DNA from: an uncultured bacterium
GTDB taxonomy: Bacteria > Patescibacteriota > Minisyncoccia > UBA6257 > GWB1-50-10
Length of the DNA stretch: 64,000 nt
Direction of reading: 5' to 3'
Assembly (NCBI GenBank): GCA_963713955.1
Contig: OY970216.1
Coordinates: 506,252-570,251 of the forward strand
The notes beneath the pieces were generated by a model, which was given only the letters and a program-made list of their open reading frames with translations, was not told the origin of the DNA and ran no database searches. Numbering within the stretch: position 1 is the first letter of the stretch; each line of letters begins with the position of its first letter. This document shows positions 1 through 9,300 of the stretch, in pieces. The translations under genes were made by a program, and so were the position numbers.

Positions 1-1
1 G

Positions 2-181
2 AAACTTCCTCCTGAAGTGACGCTCGGCGGCGGCAAGGGAAACATCGATCATTACGTTGCGGTGGTGAAACCGGGGAGAATATTGTTTGAGGTGGACGGC
101 ATTCCGAAAGAAGCCGCTCACGAAGCTTTGAGAATTGCAGGCCATAAACTGCCGGTAAAAACCAAAATAGTGGAAAAATAA
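2..181 (+). CDS. rplP: 50S ribosomal protein L16, C-terminal part (5' end outside window)
   Basis: Frame-2 translation ...[58 protein letters not shown] matches the conserved L16 C-terminus. It precedes L29 as in the S10/spc operon. Stop is TAA at 179-181. Confidence 0.85.
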   Translation, partial: KLPPEVTLGGGKGNIDHYVAVVKPGRILFEVDGIPKEAAHEALRIAGHKLPVKTKIVEK

Positions 182-311
182 TCCCTCACCCCTAAAGAAT
201 TTGGGAACCAAGGTAAAAACAATCATGAATCAAAATAATCAACCAGTCAGAAAAGGTCATAAAGATGGAGAATCTCGTTTCGCAGAGAACGTGATTCTTC
301 AAGGGTGAGGG

Positions 312-518
312 ATGGCCAAAAAGAATCCAAAAGATTTCACCAATAAACCCTTGATTGAACTCCAGAAGGAATTGAATGAGGGAAGGCAAAAACTCATCGA
401 TTTGAAATTTAACCTGGCCGCTGGTAAAGTGAAAAACATCAAAGAAGTCAAGAAAGTCAAGAAAACCATAGCGCAGCTTCTGACGGCCGCGAACGCGCAA
501 AAAAAAGAAATCAAATAA
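312..518 (+). CDS. rpmC: 50S ribosomal protein L29
   Basis: 68-aa Lys-rich protein ([30 protein letters not shown]) at the conserved operon position after L16. Confidence 0.9.
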   Translation: MAKKNPKDFTNKPLIELQKELNEGRQKLIDLKFNLAAGKVKNIKEVKKVKKTIAQLLTAANAQKKEIK

Positions 519-745
519 TGAGAAAATTAGAAGGAACAATCGTTTCCGATAAAATGCTGAAGACGAGGGTGGTCGAAGTGGAACGGACGAAACGGCATCC
601 TCGCTACCACAAATACTACCGGGTTACCGAGCGTTTCAAGGCACACGACGAGAACAACGAATATAAAGTCGGGGAAAAAGTGATTATCCAAGAAACCAGA
701 CCGTTAAGCAAAGACAAGAGATGGATCATAGTGGGTAAGATTTGA
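518..745 (+). CDS. rpsQ: 30S ribosomal protein S17
   Basis: [31 protein letters not shown]... is the typical S17 OB-fold sequence. Its start overlaps the L29 stop. Confidence 0.9.
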   Translation: MRKLEGTIVSDKMLKTRVVEVERTKRHPRYHKYYRVTERFKAHDENNEYKVGEKVIIQETRPLSKDKRWIIVGKI

Positions 746-746
746 C

Positions 747-1118
747 ATGATACAGGAACGTTCCATATTGAAAGTAGCCGATAACTCCGGCGCCAAAATA
801 GTGCGCTGTTTTAGAATTTTGGGCGGCAGTAAAAAAAGATATGCCCGCATTGGAGACGTCGTCATAGCTTCCGTGCAGATCGCGGAACCGAGGAAACAAA
901 TAAAGAAAAAAGACATAGTAAACGTACTAGTAGTGAGGCAAAAAGATCCTCTGAGGAGAAAAGACGGATCGTACATAAGATTCAACGATAATGCGGTCGT
1001 CATCATAGAAAAAGAAAAGAAGGAACCCAAGGCGACGAGGATCTTCGGGCCGATACCGAGGGAAATAAAGGAAAAAGGCTACGATACCATAGCTTCGCTC
1101 GCCGAAGAACTAGTATGA
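747..1118 (+). CDS. rplN: 50S ribosomal protein L14
   Basis: MIQERSILKVADNSGAKIVRCFRILGGSKKRYARIGDVV is a highly conserved L14 N-terminus. Confidence 0.95.
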   Translation: MIQERSILKVADNSGAKIVRCFRILGGSKKRYARIGDVVIASVQIAEPRKQIKKKDIVNVLVVRQKDPLRRKDGSYIRFNDNAVVIIEKEKKEPKATRIFGPIPREIKEKGYDTIASLAEELV

Positions 1119-1420
1119 GGATAAAAAAAGGAGACACGGTAAAAATAATAAGCGGGAAGGATGCCGGTAAGATCGGCAAGGTTGTTACCGTTTATCCCAT
1201 GACAGAAAAGCTGATGGTGGAAGGATTGAATCTTTACAAAAAGCACGCCCGACCCAAGAGACAAAACGAAAAGGGAGAGATCGTCCAAGTGCCGAGACCA
1301 ATCAATGCCTCGAATACCATGGTCCTGTGCCCTTCTTGCCGCAAAGCGGCAAGGGTTGGATACCGGCAGAATGGGAACGAAAAAGAGAGGTATTGCAAGA
1401 AATGCAGGGCCGCTCTATAG
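1115..1420 (+). CDS. rplX: 50S ribosomal protein L24 (KOW domain) with C-terminal CxxC...CxxC motif
   Basis: KKGDTVKIISGKDAGKIGKV KOW motif. C-terminus carries CPSC...CKKC. Confidence 0.85.
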   Translation: MRIKKGDTVKIISGKDAGKIGKVVTVYPMTEKLMVEGLNLYKKHARPKRQNEKGEIVQVPRPINASNTMVLCPSCRKAARVGYRQNGNEKERYCKKCRAAL

Positions 1421-1429
1421 AAAATATCC

Positions 1430-1912
1430 ATGGATAAATCAATGAAACAAATAGAAAAGGTGGTAGTGGCGAGCGGCGTCGGCAGGCGCAGCCAAGAAGA
1501 GCATTTTGAAGACAAAACTCTCCCTGAAATAGAGAATGATCTTTCTCGGATAACTTCGCAGAAACCGTCACGGAGACCGGCGAGACAGTCGATTGCAGGT
1601 TTTAAGATAAGGGCCGGACAGATCGTGGGACTCAAGGTGACGTTGCGGGGCGCTCGCATGGAAGATTTCCTGAAAAAACTCGTGAACGCAGCCCTCCCGC
1701 GCGTAAAAGACTTCAGGGGATTGGAAATAAAAAACGTCGACGAGAGCGGCAATTTGAACATCGGTTTCAAGGATCAAACCGTTTTCCCCGAGATAGAGCT
1801 GGAGAAAACGAGAATAAATTTCGGCATGCAAGTTACCATCGTGCCCAAAACTAAAAATCGGGAGGCGGCGATTGATTTGTACCGGCACCTTGGGATACCA
1901 TTGAAAAAATAA
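1430..1912 (+). CDS. rplE: 50S ribosomal protein L5
   Basis: Conserved L5 motifs ([23 protein letters not shown]). Operon position after L24. Confidence 0.9.
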   Translation: MDKSMKQIEKVVVASGVGRRSQEEHFEDKTLPEIENDLSRITSQKPSRRPARQSIAGFKIRAGQIVGLKVTLRGARMEDFLKKLVNAALPRVKDFRGLEIKNVDESGNLNIGFKDQTVFPEIELEKTRINFGMQVTIVPKTKNREAAIDLYRHLGIPLKK

Positions 1913-1914
1913 AC

Positions 1915-2100
1915 ATGGCAAAGACGTCGACATTCGAAAGATCCAGAAAGAAACCGAAATTTTCCACGAGGAAGGTCAATCGTTGTTTTCGGTGCGGACG
2001 GAAGAGGGGATATTTGCGGGATTTCAATCTTTGCAGAATTTGCTTCCGCGAACTGGCTAGCCGTGGAGAAATACCGGGAGTAAAAAAAGCCAGCTGGTAA
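1915..2100 (+). CDS. rpsZ: 30S ribosomal protein S14, type Z (zinc-binding, 61 aa)
   Basis: 61-aa protein with [20 protein letters not shown] (C4 zinc motif) typical of short S14. Confidence 0.9.
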   Translation: MAKTSTFERSRKKPKFSTRKVNRCFRCGRKRGYLRDFNLCRICFRELASRGEIPGVKKASW

Positions 2101-2101
2101 C

Positions 2102-2473
2102 ATGTACATCGATTTAATCATAAAAATAAAAAACGCGCAGAACGCCCGGAAAGAGACGCTGAAAACATCCTACTCAAAAATGGACAAGGCTGTTCTTGAC
2201 GTCTTGGAAAAGAGGGGGTTCATCAAGAACGTGGAAGTAAAAGGAAAGGGTTATAAAAAATACATAGAAATGAATCTTGAGGGGAAAAGAAAGATAAAAG
2301 GCGTAAAAATTTTAAGCAAGCCATCAGTTAAGACGTACAGCGGTTACAAGAAACTGAAGCCGGTAAAGAGTGGTTTCGGCATGACCATCATCTCGACGCC
2401 GAAAGGCATCATGACCGAGAGCGAGGCCAAAAAATTGGGAATCGGGGGAGAACTGCTGCTCGAGTTATGGTAA
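2102..2473 (+). CDS. rpsH: 30S ribosomal protein S8
   Basis: S8-like sequence ending GMTIISTPKGIMTESEAKKLGIGGELLLELW. Confidence 0.9.
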   Translation: MYIDLIIKIKNAQNARKETLKTSYSKMDKAVLDVLEKRGFIKNVEVKGKGYKKYIEMNLEGKRKIKGVKILSKPSVKTYSGYKKLKPVKSGFGMTIISTPKGIMTESEAKKLGIGGELLLELW

Positions 2474-2487
2474 CAAACTAAATAAAA

Positions 2488-3042
2488 ATGAGTAAAATAG
2501 GCAAACAACCGATCAAGATTCCCGACAACGTGAATGTTTCTTTGGGAGATTCTCGCGTGAGTGTCAAGGGACCAAAGGGAGAATTGAAAATTCCCCTCTT
2601 GAAGGACATCAGCGTGAACCTGGCTGACAAGACGCTGACTTTCTCAATCAACGCGAGAACCAAACAAAATAAGAGTAATTGGGGCACCCAAAGAGCGCTT
2701 ATTCAAAACGCCGTCAAAGGCGTGACCGTCGGATTCGAAAAAACGCTTCTCCTGGAGGGCGTGGGTTATCGGGTGACCAAGGAGGGAGAAAACCTCAATC
2801 TCAATCTCGGTCTTTCTCACCCGGTAAAATACGAAGCACCGGAAGGTATATCCTTCGAAGTCGAAAAAAGCTCAATCTTGAAGATAAAGGGAATAGACAA
2901 ATCCATAGTCGGAAAAGTCGCAGCAGAAATAAGGCAACTGAAAAAACCAGAACCCTATAAAGGGAAAGGGTTCCGGTATAGCGATGAAACCATAAGAAGG
3001 AAAACCGGAAAGAAAGCCGCGACAACTACAACTGCAAGCTAA
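2488..3042 (+). CDS. rplF: 50S ribosomal protein L6
   Basis: [33 protein letters not shown]... two-domain L6 pattern. Confidence 0.9.
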   Translation: MSKIGKQPIKIPDNVNVSLGDSRVSVKGPKGELKIPLLKDISVNLADKTLTFSINARTKQNKSNWGTQRALIQNAVKGVTVGFEKTLLLEGVGYRVTKEGENLNLNLGLSHPVKYEAPEGISFEVEKSSILKIKGIDKSIVGKVAAEIRQLKKPEPYKGKGFRYSDETIRRKTGKKAATTTTAS

Positions 3043-3044
3043 GC

Positions 3045-3404
3045 ATGAAAAAAGAAAAACTGACGAACAAAAGGAGATCGAGGCAAGCAACGAGAACAAG
3101 AACCAAGATCAAGACCATCGGAGGCCGATTAAGACTTTCGGTTTTTAGGAGCAACAACGGCATCTACGCCCAAATAATAGACGACGCGACGGGGAAAACG
3201 GTCGTTTCTTCCTCTTCGCTGGAACTCAAGAAAGAAACCGGGCATAATAAGACTGACCTCGCGAAGATGGTAGGCAAGAAACTCGGAGAAAAAGCGATAG
3301 AAGCCGGAATCAAAGAAGTCGTTTTTGACAAGGGCAGATACAAGTACCACGGCCGCGTTAAAGCTTTGGCTCTCGGCGCGCGGGAAGGAGGTTTAATATT
3401 TTAA
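3045..3404 (+). CDS. rplR: 50S ribosomal protein L18
   Basis: [29 protein letters not shown]...[23 protein letters not shown] is a conserved L18 signature. Confidence 0.9.
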   Translation: MKKEKLTNKRRSRQATRTRTKIKTIGGRLRLSVFRSNNGIYAQIIDDATGKTVVSSSSLELKKETGHNKTDLAKMVGKKLGEKAIEAGIKEVVFDKGRYKYHGRVKALALGAREGGLIF

Positions 3405-3406
3405 AT

Positions 3407-3919
3407 ATGAATCCACGCAATCAACGCGGTAACTCCCGCTTCAAGCCCAAAAAAAGCGAGTATCAGGAAAAGGTCCTGGAAATAAAAAGAGTGACCAGGG
3501 TTATGGCCGGCGGCAAAAGAATGAGCTTCAGGGCAATCGTCGTCATCGGCGACAAGAAAGGGAAAGTCGGCCTCGGGATCGGCAAAGGCCTGGATGTAGC
3601 CGCTTCCGTGGAAAAAGCAAAAAAACAAGCGCAGAAAAATCTCATTACGGTCAATATAAAAGACGGCCGCACGATACCCTATGAAATAGACAAGAAATAC
3701 GGAGCGGCGAAAGTCAGGATAAAGCCGGCGAAGGCCAATCACGGCCTTATCGCCGGCGGTTCCATGAGGTCCGTCTTGGAACTGGCAGGAGTGAAAGACG
3801 TATCGGCAAAAATCCTCGGGAGAACGACCAATAAACTCATGAATGCGCTCGCCACGTTGAAGGCCTTGCGCGACTTGGAGAAAATTGAAGAAAAGACGGA
3901 AGACGTCAAAGCAAACTAA
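3407..3919 (+). CDS. rpsE: 30S ribosomal protein S5
   Basis: VTRVMAGGKRMSFRAIVVIGDKKGKVGLGIGKG...GLIAGGSMRSVLELAGVKDV. L15 follows directly with no L30 gene between. Confidence 0.9.
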   Translation: MNPRNQRGNSRFKPKKSEYQEKVLEIKRVTRVMAGGKRMSFRAIVVIGDKKGKVGLGIGKGLDVAASVEKAKKQAQKNLITVNIKDGRTIPYEIDKKYGAAKVRIKPAKANHGLIAGGSMRSVLELAGVKDVSAKILGRTTNKLMNALATLKALRDLEKIEEKTEDVKAN

Positions 3920-3920
3920 A

Positions 3921-4346
3921 ATGCAGATTCATCAATTAAAACCCGAACACACGCCGAAAGAGAAAAAAAGAGTAGGGAGAGGCGGAAAAAGAGGGACCAC
4001 ATCGGGAAAAGGGCAAAAAGGACAAAAATCAAGAGCCGGACACCGGATAAGGCCGGCGGAGAGGGATTTGATACAACGATTACCGAAATTGAAGGGTGCC
4101 AAAAACAATCCGTCGTTCATCAATCCGGATAATTTTCTCATAAAAACCAGCGAGCTCGGCCGGTTTTCCGAAAACCAAAGGATAACGAAGGACATCCTCC
4201 TTAAAAAAGGATTCATAAAAAACAAAAGGCAACCGGTGAAAGTGCTCATGGACAAAGAACCGAATTCACCCTTCATGATCGAAGGTCTCAAACTTTCCCG
4301 CCAGGCGAGAGCCGCTATAGAGAAGGCGGGAGGAAAAATTGAATGA
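3921..4346 (+). CDS. rplO: 50S ribosomal protein L15
   Basis: MQIHQLKPEHTPKEKKRVGRGGKRGTTSGKGQKGQKSRAG is the typical L15 N-terminus. I chose the ATG at 3921, just after the S5 stop, rather than the overlapping upstream ATG at 3885. Confidence 0.85.
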   Translation: MQIHQLKPEHTPKEKKRVGRGGKRGTTSGKGQKGQKSRAGHRIRPAERDLIQRLPKLKGAKNNPSFINPDNFLIKTSELGRFSENQRITKDILLKKGFIKNKRQPVKVLMDKEPNSPFMIEGLKLSRQARAAIEKAGGKIE

Positions 4347-5614
4347 AAAAGTTCCTGCAACTTTTCAAGCTACCTGATTTGAGGAAGAAGGTTTTGAGCG
4401 TTATTTTCCTGCTTTTTGTTTTTAGACTCTTCGCCGCCATACCCATCCCCGGCATCAATCCCGCCGAGCTCCAGCAATTTCTTTCATCCAATCAGCTCTT
4501 CGGATTCTTAAACATCTTCTCCGGCGGAGGGCTCTCTAACCTGTCAATCATGATGCTCGGCGTGAGCCCCTACATAACGGCCACGATCATCATGCAGCTC
4601 CTCACGATAGTTTTTCCTCAACTCAAGAAAATCTACTACGAGGAGGGAGCGCAAGGCCAGGCGAAATTCAACAGGATATCGAGATATATAACGGTACCGC
4701 TCGCAATGCTTCAGGCGTACGGTTTTCTCAATCTCTTGATAGCTCAGAAAGTATTGAGTCATTTGCTTTTCCCCGAACTTATGGCAAACATCCTCGTCGT
4801 AACGGCGGGGAGCGTTTTCCTCATGTGGATAGGCGAATTGATATCCGAATACAAGATAGGCAATGGCGTATCGCTCATCATATTTGCAGGTATCATAAGT
4901 CGCCTTCCCCAAGAGGTGGGAACGATGTTTTTCAATTTCAACCCCGCGATGCTCCCGACATACATCGCGTTCGTGGTTCTCGCCATCATCGTCATCGCCG
5001 GCGTTACATTCATCAATGAAAGCGAAAGGAAAATACCCATTTCCTATGCCAAGCAGGTGAGGGGAATGAAAATGTACGGTGGAGCATCGACATATCTTCC
5101 CCTCAAAGTGAATCAAGCCGGTGTGATACCGATCATATTCGCCATTTCTCTCCTCTTGTTCCCGCAGTTTTTCGCCCAAGCGGCCGCCGTCATCTCGTCA
5201 AATCTATCCCTTACCCTAAACCGCTGGTCGAGTAATTTTTTCAACAACATACCGCTCTACAGCCTGGCTTATTTCGTCCTCGTGGTGCTTTTCACGTATT
5301 TCTACACCGCCATAACGTTCGATCCCGAAGAAATATCGAAAAATCTGCAGCGGAGCGGCGGGTTCATACCCGGTATACGACCGGGCGAAGCGACGACTTC
5401 CACGATCACGAGGATAATTCACCGCATAACCTTGTGGGGAGCTGTTTTTCTGGGGGTTGTGGCCATATTACCGAATATCACCCAGATGGCGACGGGCATA
5501 ACGTCTCTCACGATCGGCGGCACTGCGCTCTTGATCGTCGTCGCCGTCGCGCTTGAGGTGATGAAGGCCGTCGAATCCCAGCTCACCATCAGGGAGTATG
5601 AAGGGATCATGTAA
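4343..5614 (+). CDS. secY: Preprotein translocase subunit SecY
   Basis: 423-aa polytopic membrane protein with conserved SecY segments (LGVSPYITATIIMQLL, GGTALLIVVAVALEVMKAVESQL). Follows L15 as in the spc operon. Confidence 0.95.
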   Translation: MKKFLQLFKLPDLRKKVLSVIFLLFVFRLFAAIPIPGINPAELQQFLSSNQLFGFLNIFSGGGLSNLSIMMLGVSPYITATIIMQLLTIVFPQLKKIYYEEGAQGQAKFNRISRYITVPLAMLQAYGFLNLLIAQKVLSHLLFPELMANILVVTAGSVFLMWIGELISEYKIGNGVSLIIFAGIISRLPQEVGTMFFNFNPAMLPTYIAFVVLAIIVIAGVTFINESERKIPISYAKQVRGMKMYGGASTYLPLKVNQAGVIPIIFAISLLLFPQFFAQAAAVISSNLSLTLNRWSSNFFNNIPLYSLAYFVLVVLFTYFYTAITFDPEEISKNLQRSGGFIPGIRPGEATTSTITRIIHRITLWGAVFLGVVAILPNITQMATGITSLTIGGTALLIVVAVALEVMKAVESQLTIREYEGIM

Positions 5615-5632
5615 CTGCGAAGGAATATAACA

Positions 5633-6319
5633 ATGAATAAAAGTGCTGTCGTCATTTACGGTCCGCCGGGTTCGGGTAAGGGAACTCAAGCCGAACTTTT
5701 GGTGCGACAATACGGTTTTTTCCATTTCGACACCGGCCAATATCTCCGCCGCCTTTTGAACGATCCGCGAAACAAGCACAACAAGGAAATCCAAAAAGAA
5801 AAAAAACTGAATGACGAAGGAACTCTCAATACCCCGGCATTCGTCTTAAAGCGAGTCAAAAAGGAAACGTGCCGGATCGCTCGGATGGATTTGAGCATCG
5901 TCTACAGTGGATCGCCGCGGACGCTTTTCGAGGCTTTCGGCGACACGAAAAATGAAGGCTTGCTCGCCTTGCTGAAAAAAGAATACGGAGCGAAGAACGT
6001 TTTTATCGTCCGGCTTCTTGTGAGCCCCGCCGCTGCCGCCAAACGGAACGCCGGCCGGCTCATGTGCTCGGTTTGCGGCTTACCAATTCTTGCTGCTTCG
6101 CGGGCAAAGAATTGCTCCTTCTGCGGCGCGAGGGCTATGCGGAGGATCGATGACGATCCAAAAGTTTTTGCTCATCGCATCGATCAATATGAGAACCGCA
6201 CGTTTCCTATTTTGGCAAAAGCAGCGAAAGGAGGATACAAAATCAAAAAGGTGAACGGAGAGCCAGCGCCTTATCGCGTTCATAAAACCATAGCCGCGTA
6301 CCTCGAGAAAGCAAGATAA
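5633..6319 (+). CDS. adk: Adenylate kinase with zinc-binding lid
   Basis: P-loop IYGPPGSGKGTQAELL. Lid has CSVCG...CSFCG (C4). Confidence 0.9.
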   Translation: MNKSAVVIYGPPGSGKGTQAELLVRQYGFFHFDTGQYLRRLLNDPRNKHNKEIQKEKKLNDEGTLNTPAFVLKRVKKETCRIARMDLSIVYSGSPRTLFEAFGDTKNEGLLALLKKEYGAKNVFIVRLLVSPAAAAKRNAGRLMCSVCGLPILAASRAKNCSFCGARAMRRIDDDPKVFAHRIDQYENRTFPILAKAAKGGYKIKKVNGEPAPYRVHKTIAAYLEKAR

Positions 6320-7083
6320 TGATTTCTCTCAAAAGCGAGAAAGACATGGACGGCTTGCGCAAGTCGGGAAAAGTTCTCGTCGATATCCTTCTCAATTTGA
6401 AAAAAACCGCCGCAGAAGGAGTGAATCTCTTGAGCTTAGAAAGCAAAGCCCGCGAGATGCTGAAAGAAAGGGGCGCCTCTTCGGCATTCATGAACTACCG
6501 ACCGGAGGGCGCTGGGAAGCTGTATCCGGCTGCTCTCTGCACATCGCTCAATGACCAAATAGTCCACGGGATACCGTCGGATTACGATCTGAAGGAAGGG
6601 GATATTCTGAAGATAGACTTCGGCGTCGTTCTCGGCGGTTACGTGACCGATGCCGCTTTGACCATTGGGATAGGAAACATAAGCGAGAGGGCAAAACTCC
6701 TCATAAAAACGACGGAAGAGGCCTTAAATGAGGGCTTAGCGGCCGCCAGGACCCCGAAAGCAAGGCTGGGGGACGTGGGGTGGGCAATTGAGAACACAGC
6801 CGAGAAAGAAGGCTTCAGCGTCGTTGAGGGACTTACCGGACACGGCGTCGGCTTTAAGCTGCATGAGGACCCGATTGTTTACAACTACGGAAAAAAAGGG
6901 GAGGGGATACTTTTGAAAAAGGGACTGGTTTTGGCTATTGAACCGATGCTCTCCGCCGGCTCACCGCAATCGGTCCAGGCGAAGGACGACAGTTTTTATA
7001 CCAAGGACGGATCGCTCTCGGCTCACTTCGAAAAAACCGTCGCTGTCACGGAAAACGGCATCGAAATCCTGACCACGTTCTAG
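6319..7083 (+). CDS. map: Methionine aminopeptidase type I
   Basis: Pita-bread fold motifs (DILKIDFGVVLGGYVTD, HGVGFKLHEDP, LAIEPMLS). Operon position after adk. Confidence 0.9.
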   Translation: MISLKSEKDMDGLRKSGKVLVDILLNLKKTAAEGVNLLSLESKAREMLKERGASSAFMNYRPEGAGKLYPAALCTSLNDQIVHGIPSDYDLKEGDILKIDFGVVLGGYVTDAALTIGIGNISERAKLLIKTTEEALNEGLAAARTPKARLGDVGWAIENTAEKEGFSVVEGLTGHGVGFKLHEDPIVYNYGKKGEGILLKKGLVLAIEPMLSAGSPQSVQAKDDSFYTKDGSLSAHFEKTVAVTENGIEILTTF

Positions 7084-7290
7084 GAGCAGGTTGGAAGCAA
7101 TTTTCTCACTAAACCACTCAGCTCATAAAATCCTCCTCGCTCTTCGTCGGAATCAAGCCACGAAATATCGAACTCAACCTCGCTCCGCTCGGGATTCAAA
7201 CATCCGATATTTTGTTCATTCCTTCCTCAGGGCTCGGGAATTTTTGGACGAGCTTCATGAATCGTTCGGAAACTGTTTCCAACCTGCACA

Positions 7291-7308
7291 AAAGGGTATA
7301 ATACCTAT
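7291..7308 (+). promoter_or_regulatory. Putative -10 (TATAAT at 7297-7302) giving a leaderless transcript for the Cys-rich gene
   Basis: TATAAT lies 6 nt upstream of the ATG at 7309. There is no SD sequence. Confidence 0.35.
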
Positions 7309-9090
7309 ATGGCCTCAAAAGAGGTGGTTTGCCAGAACTGCAAAAATCAGTTCGCGATCGAGCCGGAGGATTTTACATTTTACGAGAAAATCAAAGTCCC
7401 ACCGCCGACATTTTGTCCAACATGTAGGCTCCAGCGACGAATCGTTTGGAGGAATGAACGGAATCTTTACAGGCGGCCGGATGATATTACCGGCAAGATT
7501 GTTTTTTCTATGTTCTCCGAGGAAAAGAAAGTGAGAGTATGGGACAGGAACGAATGGTGGCAAGATACCTGGAATCCTCTTGATTATGGTCGAGAGTATG
7601 ATTTCAATAAAACCTTCTTCGCTCAATTTTTGTCTCTGTTCCTCAGCGTACCGCTCCCCAGTAGATGGGCGACAGATGTTATAAACAGTGATTATTGCAT
7701 GAATTGTGCCCATCTTAAGAATTGCTATCTGGTGTTTTATTCTAATTACGATGAAAATTGCTGCCATGGCATTGGCTTAAATGATTGCAAGGACTGCCTC
7801 GATAACGCTTATCTCACAAAGGGTGAGTTATGCTATGAAAGCTTTAAACTGGAAAGATGTTCTCGCCTTTTCTTCTCGTCCAATTGCGAAGATTGCGTTG
7901 ATGTTTATCTATCGAAGGATTGTATTGGATGCTCCGATTGTTTTGGTTGTGTGAATCTTAGAAACAAGCAATTTTATATATTCAATCAACCTTATTCCAA
8001 GGAGGACTACCACAGGAAGCTCAAGGAAGTAAATCTAGGATCATACTCTGATCTGAGCGTAACGGCAATAAAGGCGCACGAGTTTTGGCTCAGTTTCCCT
8101 GTTCCGGCGGGATACATACGTCATTCCTCTAATGTAAATGGTAACTATCTCTATAACTCAAGAGACACGTTGAATTCTTTCTTCATCAATGGCGGAGAGA
8201 ATCTAAAGAATTGTGCCTTCTTCCTCAATCCACCAATCAGAGATAGTTATGACTATACGATTTTCGGAAATAATTCGGAGTTGATATATGAGAGTACTGT
8301 CGTGGGAGAAGGATCAAGTAAGTTGAAATTTTGTATGGGATGCTGGCCGAATGCGATTGATTTCGAATACTGTATACAATGCAATTCTTCCTCCCACCTC
8401 TTCGGTTGTGTTGGGTTGCGTAGTAAGGAATACTGTATCCTGAACAAACAATACTCCAAGGAAGAATATGAAAAGCTCATTCCTCGGATCATCCAGCACA
8501 TGAATGATATGCCCTATAGCGATTCCCAAGGAAGGATATACAAGTATGGCGAGTTCTTCCCTCCTGACCTCTCTCCCTTCGCATACAATGAAACCATTGC
8601 CCAAGAATACTTTCCTCTCACGAGGGAAGAAGCAGAAAGGCAGGGATACAAGTGGAGGGAGGCCGAAGAAAAGAACTACCAAATCACCAAGGAATTCAAG
8701 GATTTACCCAATCACATCGGGGATGTTGACGATTCCATCCTCAAGGAAACCATAGCTTGCGCTCATAACCAGGAATGCAATGAACAGTGCACAAAGGCTT
8801 TCAAGATAATCCCTGAAGAATTAGCATTCTACCGACGTATGAATCTTCCCTTACCCAGATTATGTCCTAACTGTCGGCATTATGAGAGGTTGAAACAAAG
8901 GAATCCCCTTAAACTGTGGCATAGGAAATGCATGTGTGGAGGGAAGACGAGCGAGAATGGCGTATATGAAAACACTGTATCTCACAGCCACGGAGAAGGA
9001 AAGTGTCCCAATGAGTTTGAAACAAGCTATTCACCGGAGAGACATGAAATAGTATATTGTGAAAGTTGTTACCAGTCAGAGGTAGTTTGA
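7309..9090 (+). CDS. Cysteine-rich protein of unknown function (593 aa). It has zinc-ribbon-like motifs at both ends and an internally duplicated Cys-repeat core
   Basis: N-term CQNC...CPTCRLQRR and C-term CPNCRHYERLKQRN ribbons. Tandem Cys units (CMNCAHLKNC, CKDC, CEDC...CIGCSDCFGC). The duplicated signature FGCVxLRxKxYxIxNxxYSKE(D/E)Y occurs twice. Terminal cluster CMCGG...CPNE...CESC. Confidence 0.75.
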   Translation: MASKEVVCQNCKNQFAIEPEDFTFYEKIKVPPPTFCPTCRLQRRIVWRNERNLYRRPDDITGKIVFSMFSEEKKVRVWDRNEWWQDTWNPLDYGREYDFNKTFFAQFLSLFLSVPLPSRWATDVINSDYCMNCAHLKNCYLVFYSNYDENCCHGIGLNDCKDCLDNAYLTKGELCYESFKLERCSRLFFSSNCEDCVDVYLSKDCIGCSDCFGCVNLRNKQFYIFNQPYSKEDYHRKLKEVNLGSYSDLSVTAIKAHEFWLSFPVPAGYIRHSSNVNGNYLYNSRDTLNSFFINGGENLKNCAFFLNPPIRDSYDYTIFGNNSELIYESTVVGEGSSKLKFCMGCWPNAIDFEYCIQCNSSSHLFGCVGLRSKEYCILNKQYSKEEYEKLIPRIIQHMNDMPYSDSQGRIYKYGEFFPPDLSPFAYNETIAQEYFPLTREEAERQGYKWREAEEKNYQITKEFKDLPNHIGDVDDSILKETIACAHNQECNEQCTKAFKIIPEELAFYRRMNLPLPRLCPNCRHYERLKQRNPLKLWHRKCMCGGKTSENGVYENTVSHSHGEGKCPNEFETSYSPERHEIVYCESCYQSEVV

Positions 9091-9092
9091 CA

Positions 9093-9118
9093 GGGTGGTC
9101 TAACCGATTAGACCACCC
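9093..9118. terminator. Perfect palindromic hairpin GGGTGGTCTAAccgaTTAGACCACCC between convergent genes. It is one member of a 3-copy palindrome family
   Basis: 11-bp arms with a 4-nt loop, placed 2 nt after the stop of the 7309..9090 gene and downstream of topA on the other strand. Confidence 0.6.
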
Positions 9119-9219
9119 CCAATTTTTCGAGAAGAAGGTTGAAGCACCTCTGAACGATTTACGAAATTCATATAAATAAAGATGGGGGGGCCTGGCGACT
9201 CCGAAATAAAGAAAGTGAG

Positions 9220-9288
9220 GCAGGCACTCCTTCCGAAGGCTAAGACTTGGGCGTCGCCCCGGAGACTGCCTGAGGAAGGAGTGCCTGC
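9220..9288. repeat. REP/MITE-like element copy A. A 40-nt core GAAGGCTAAGACTTGGGCGTCGCCCCGGAGACTGCCTGAG is flanked by 15-bp inverted arms GCAGGCACTCCTTCC / GGAAGGAGTGCCTGC
   Basis: Core is identical (40/40) to 34461-34500. It shares the motif TAAGACTTGGGC..GCCCCGGAG with copies at 12941-13021 and 26082-26153. Confidence 0.7.
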
Positions 9289-9300
9289 GAACAAAAAAGG

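Noticed and set aside
3885-3920. Upstream start (3885) for rplO overlapping rpsE
   Set aside because: The extension MKKRRKTSKQTK overlaps the S5 C-terminus. The ATG at 3921 directly follows the S5 stop and gives the canonical L15 N-terminus MQIHQL...
7091-7534. ORF 7091..7534 (+, 147 aa) spanning the map/Cys-rich spacer
   Set aside because: It overlaps the structured intergenic region and the strongly supported start of the 7309 gene in another frame. Its composition is Arg/Ser-rich without motifs, so it is probably not coding.
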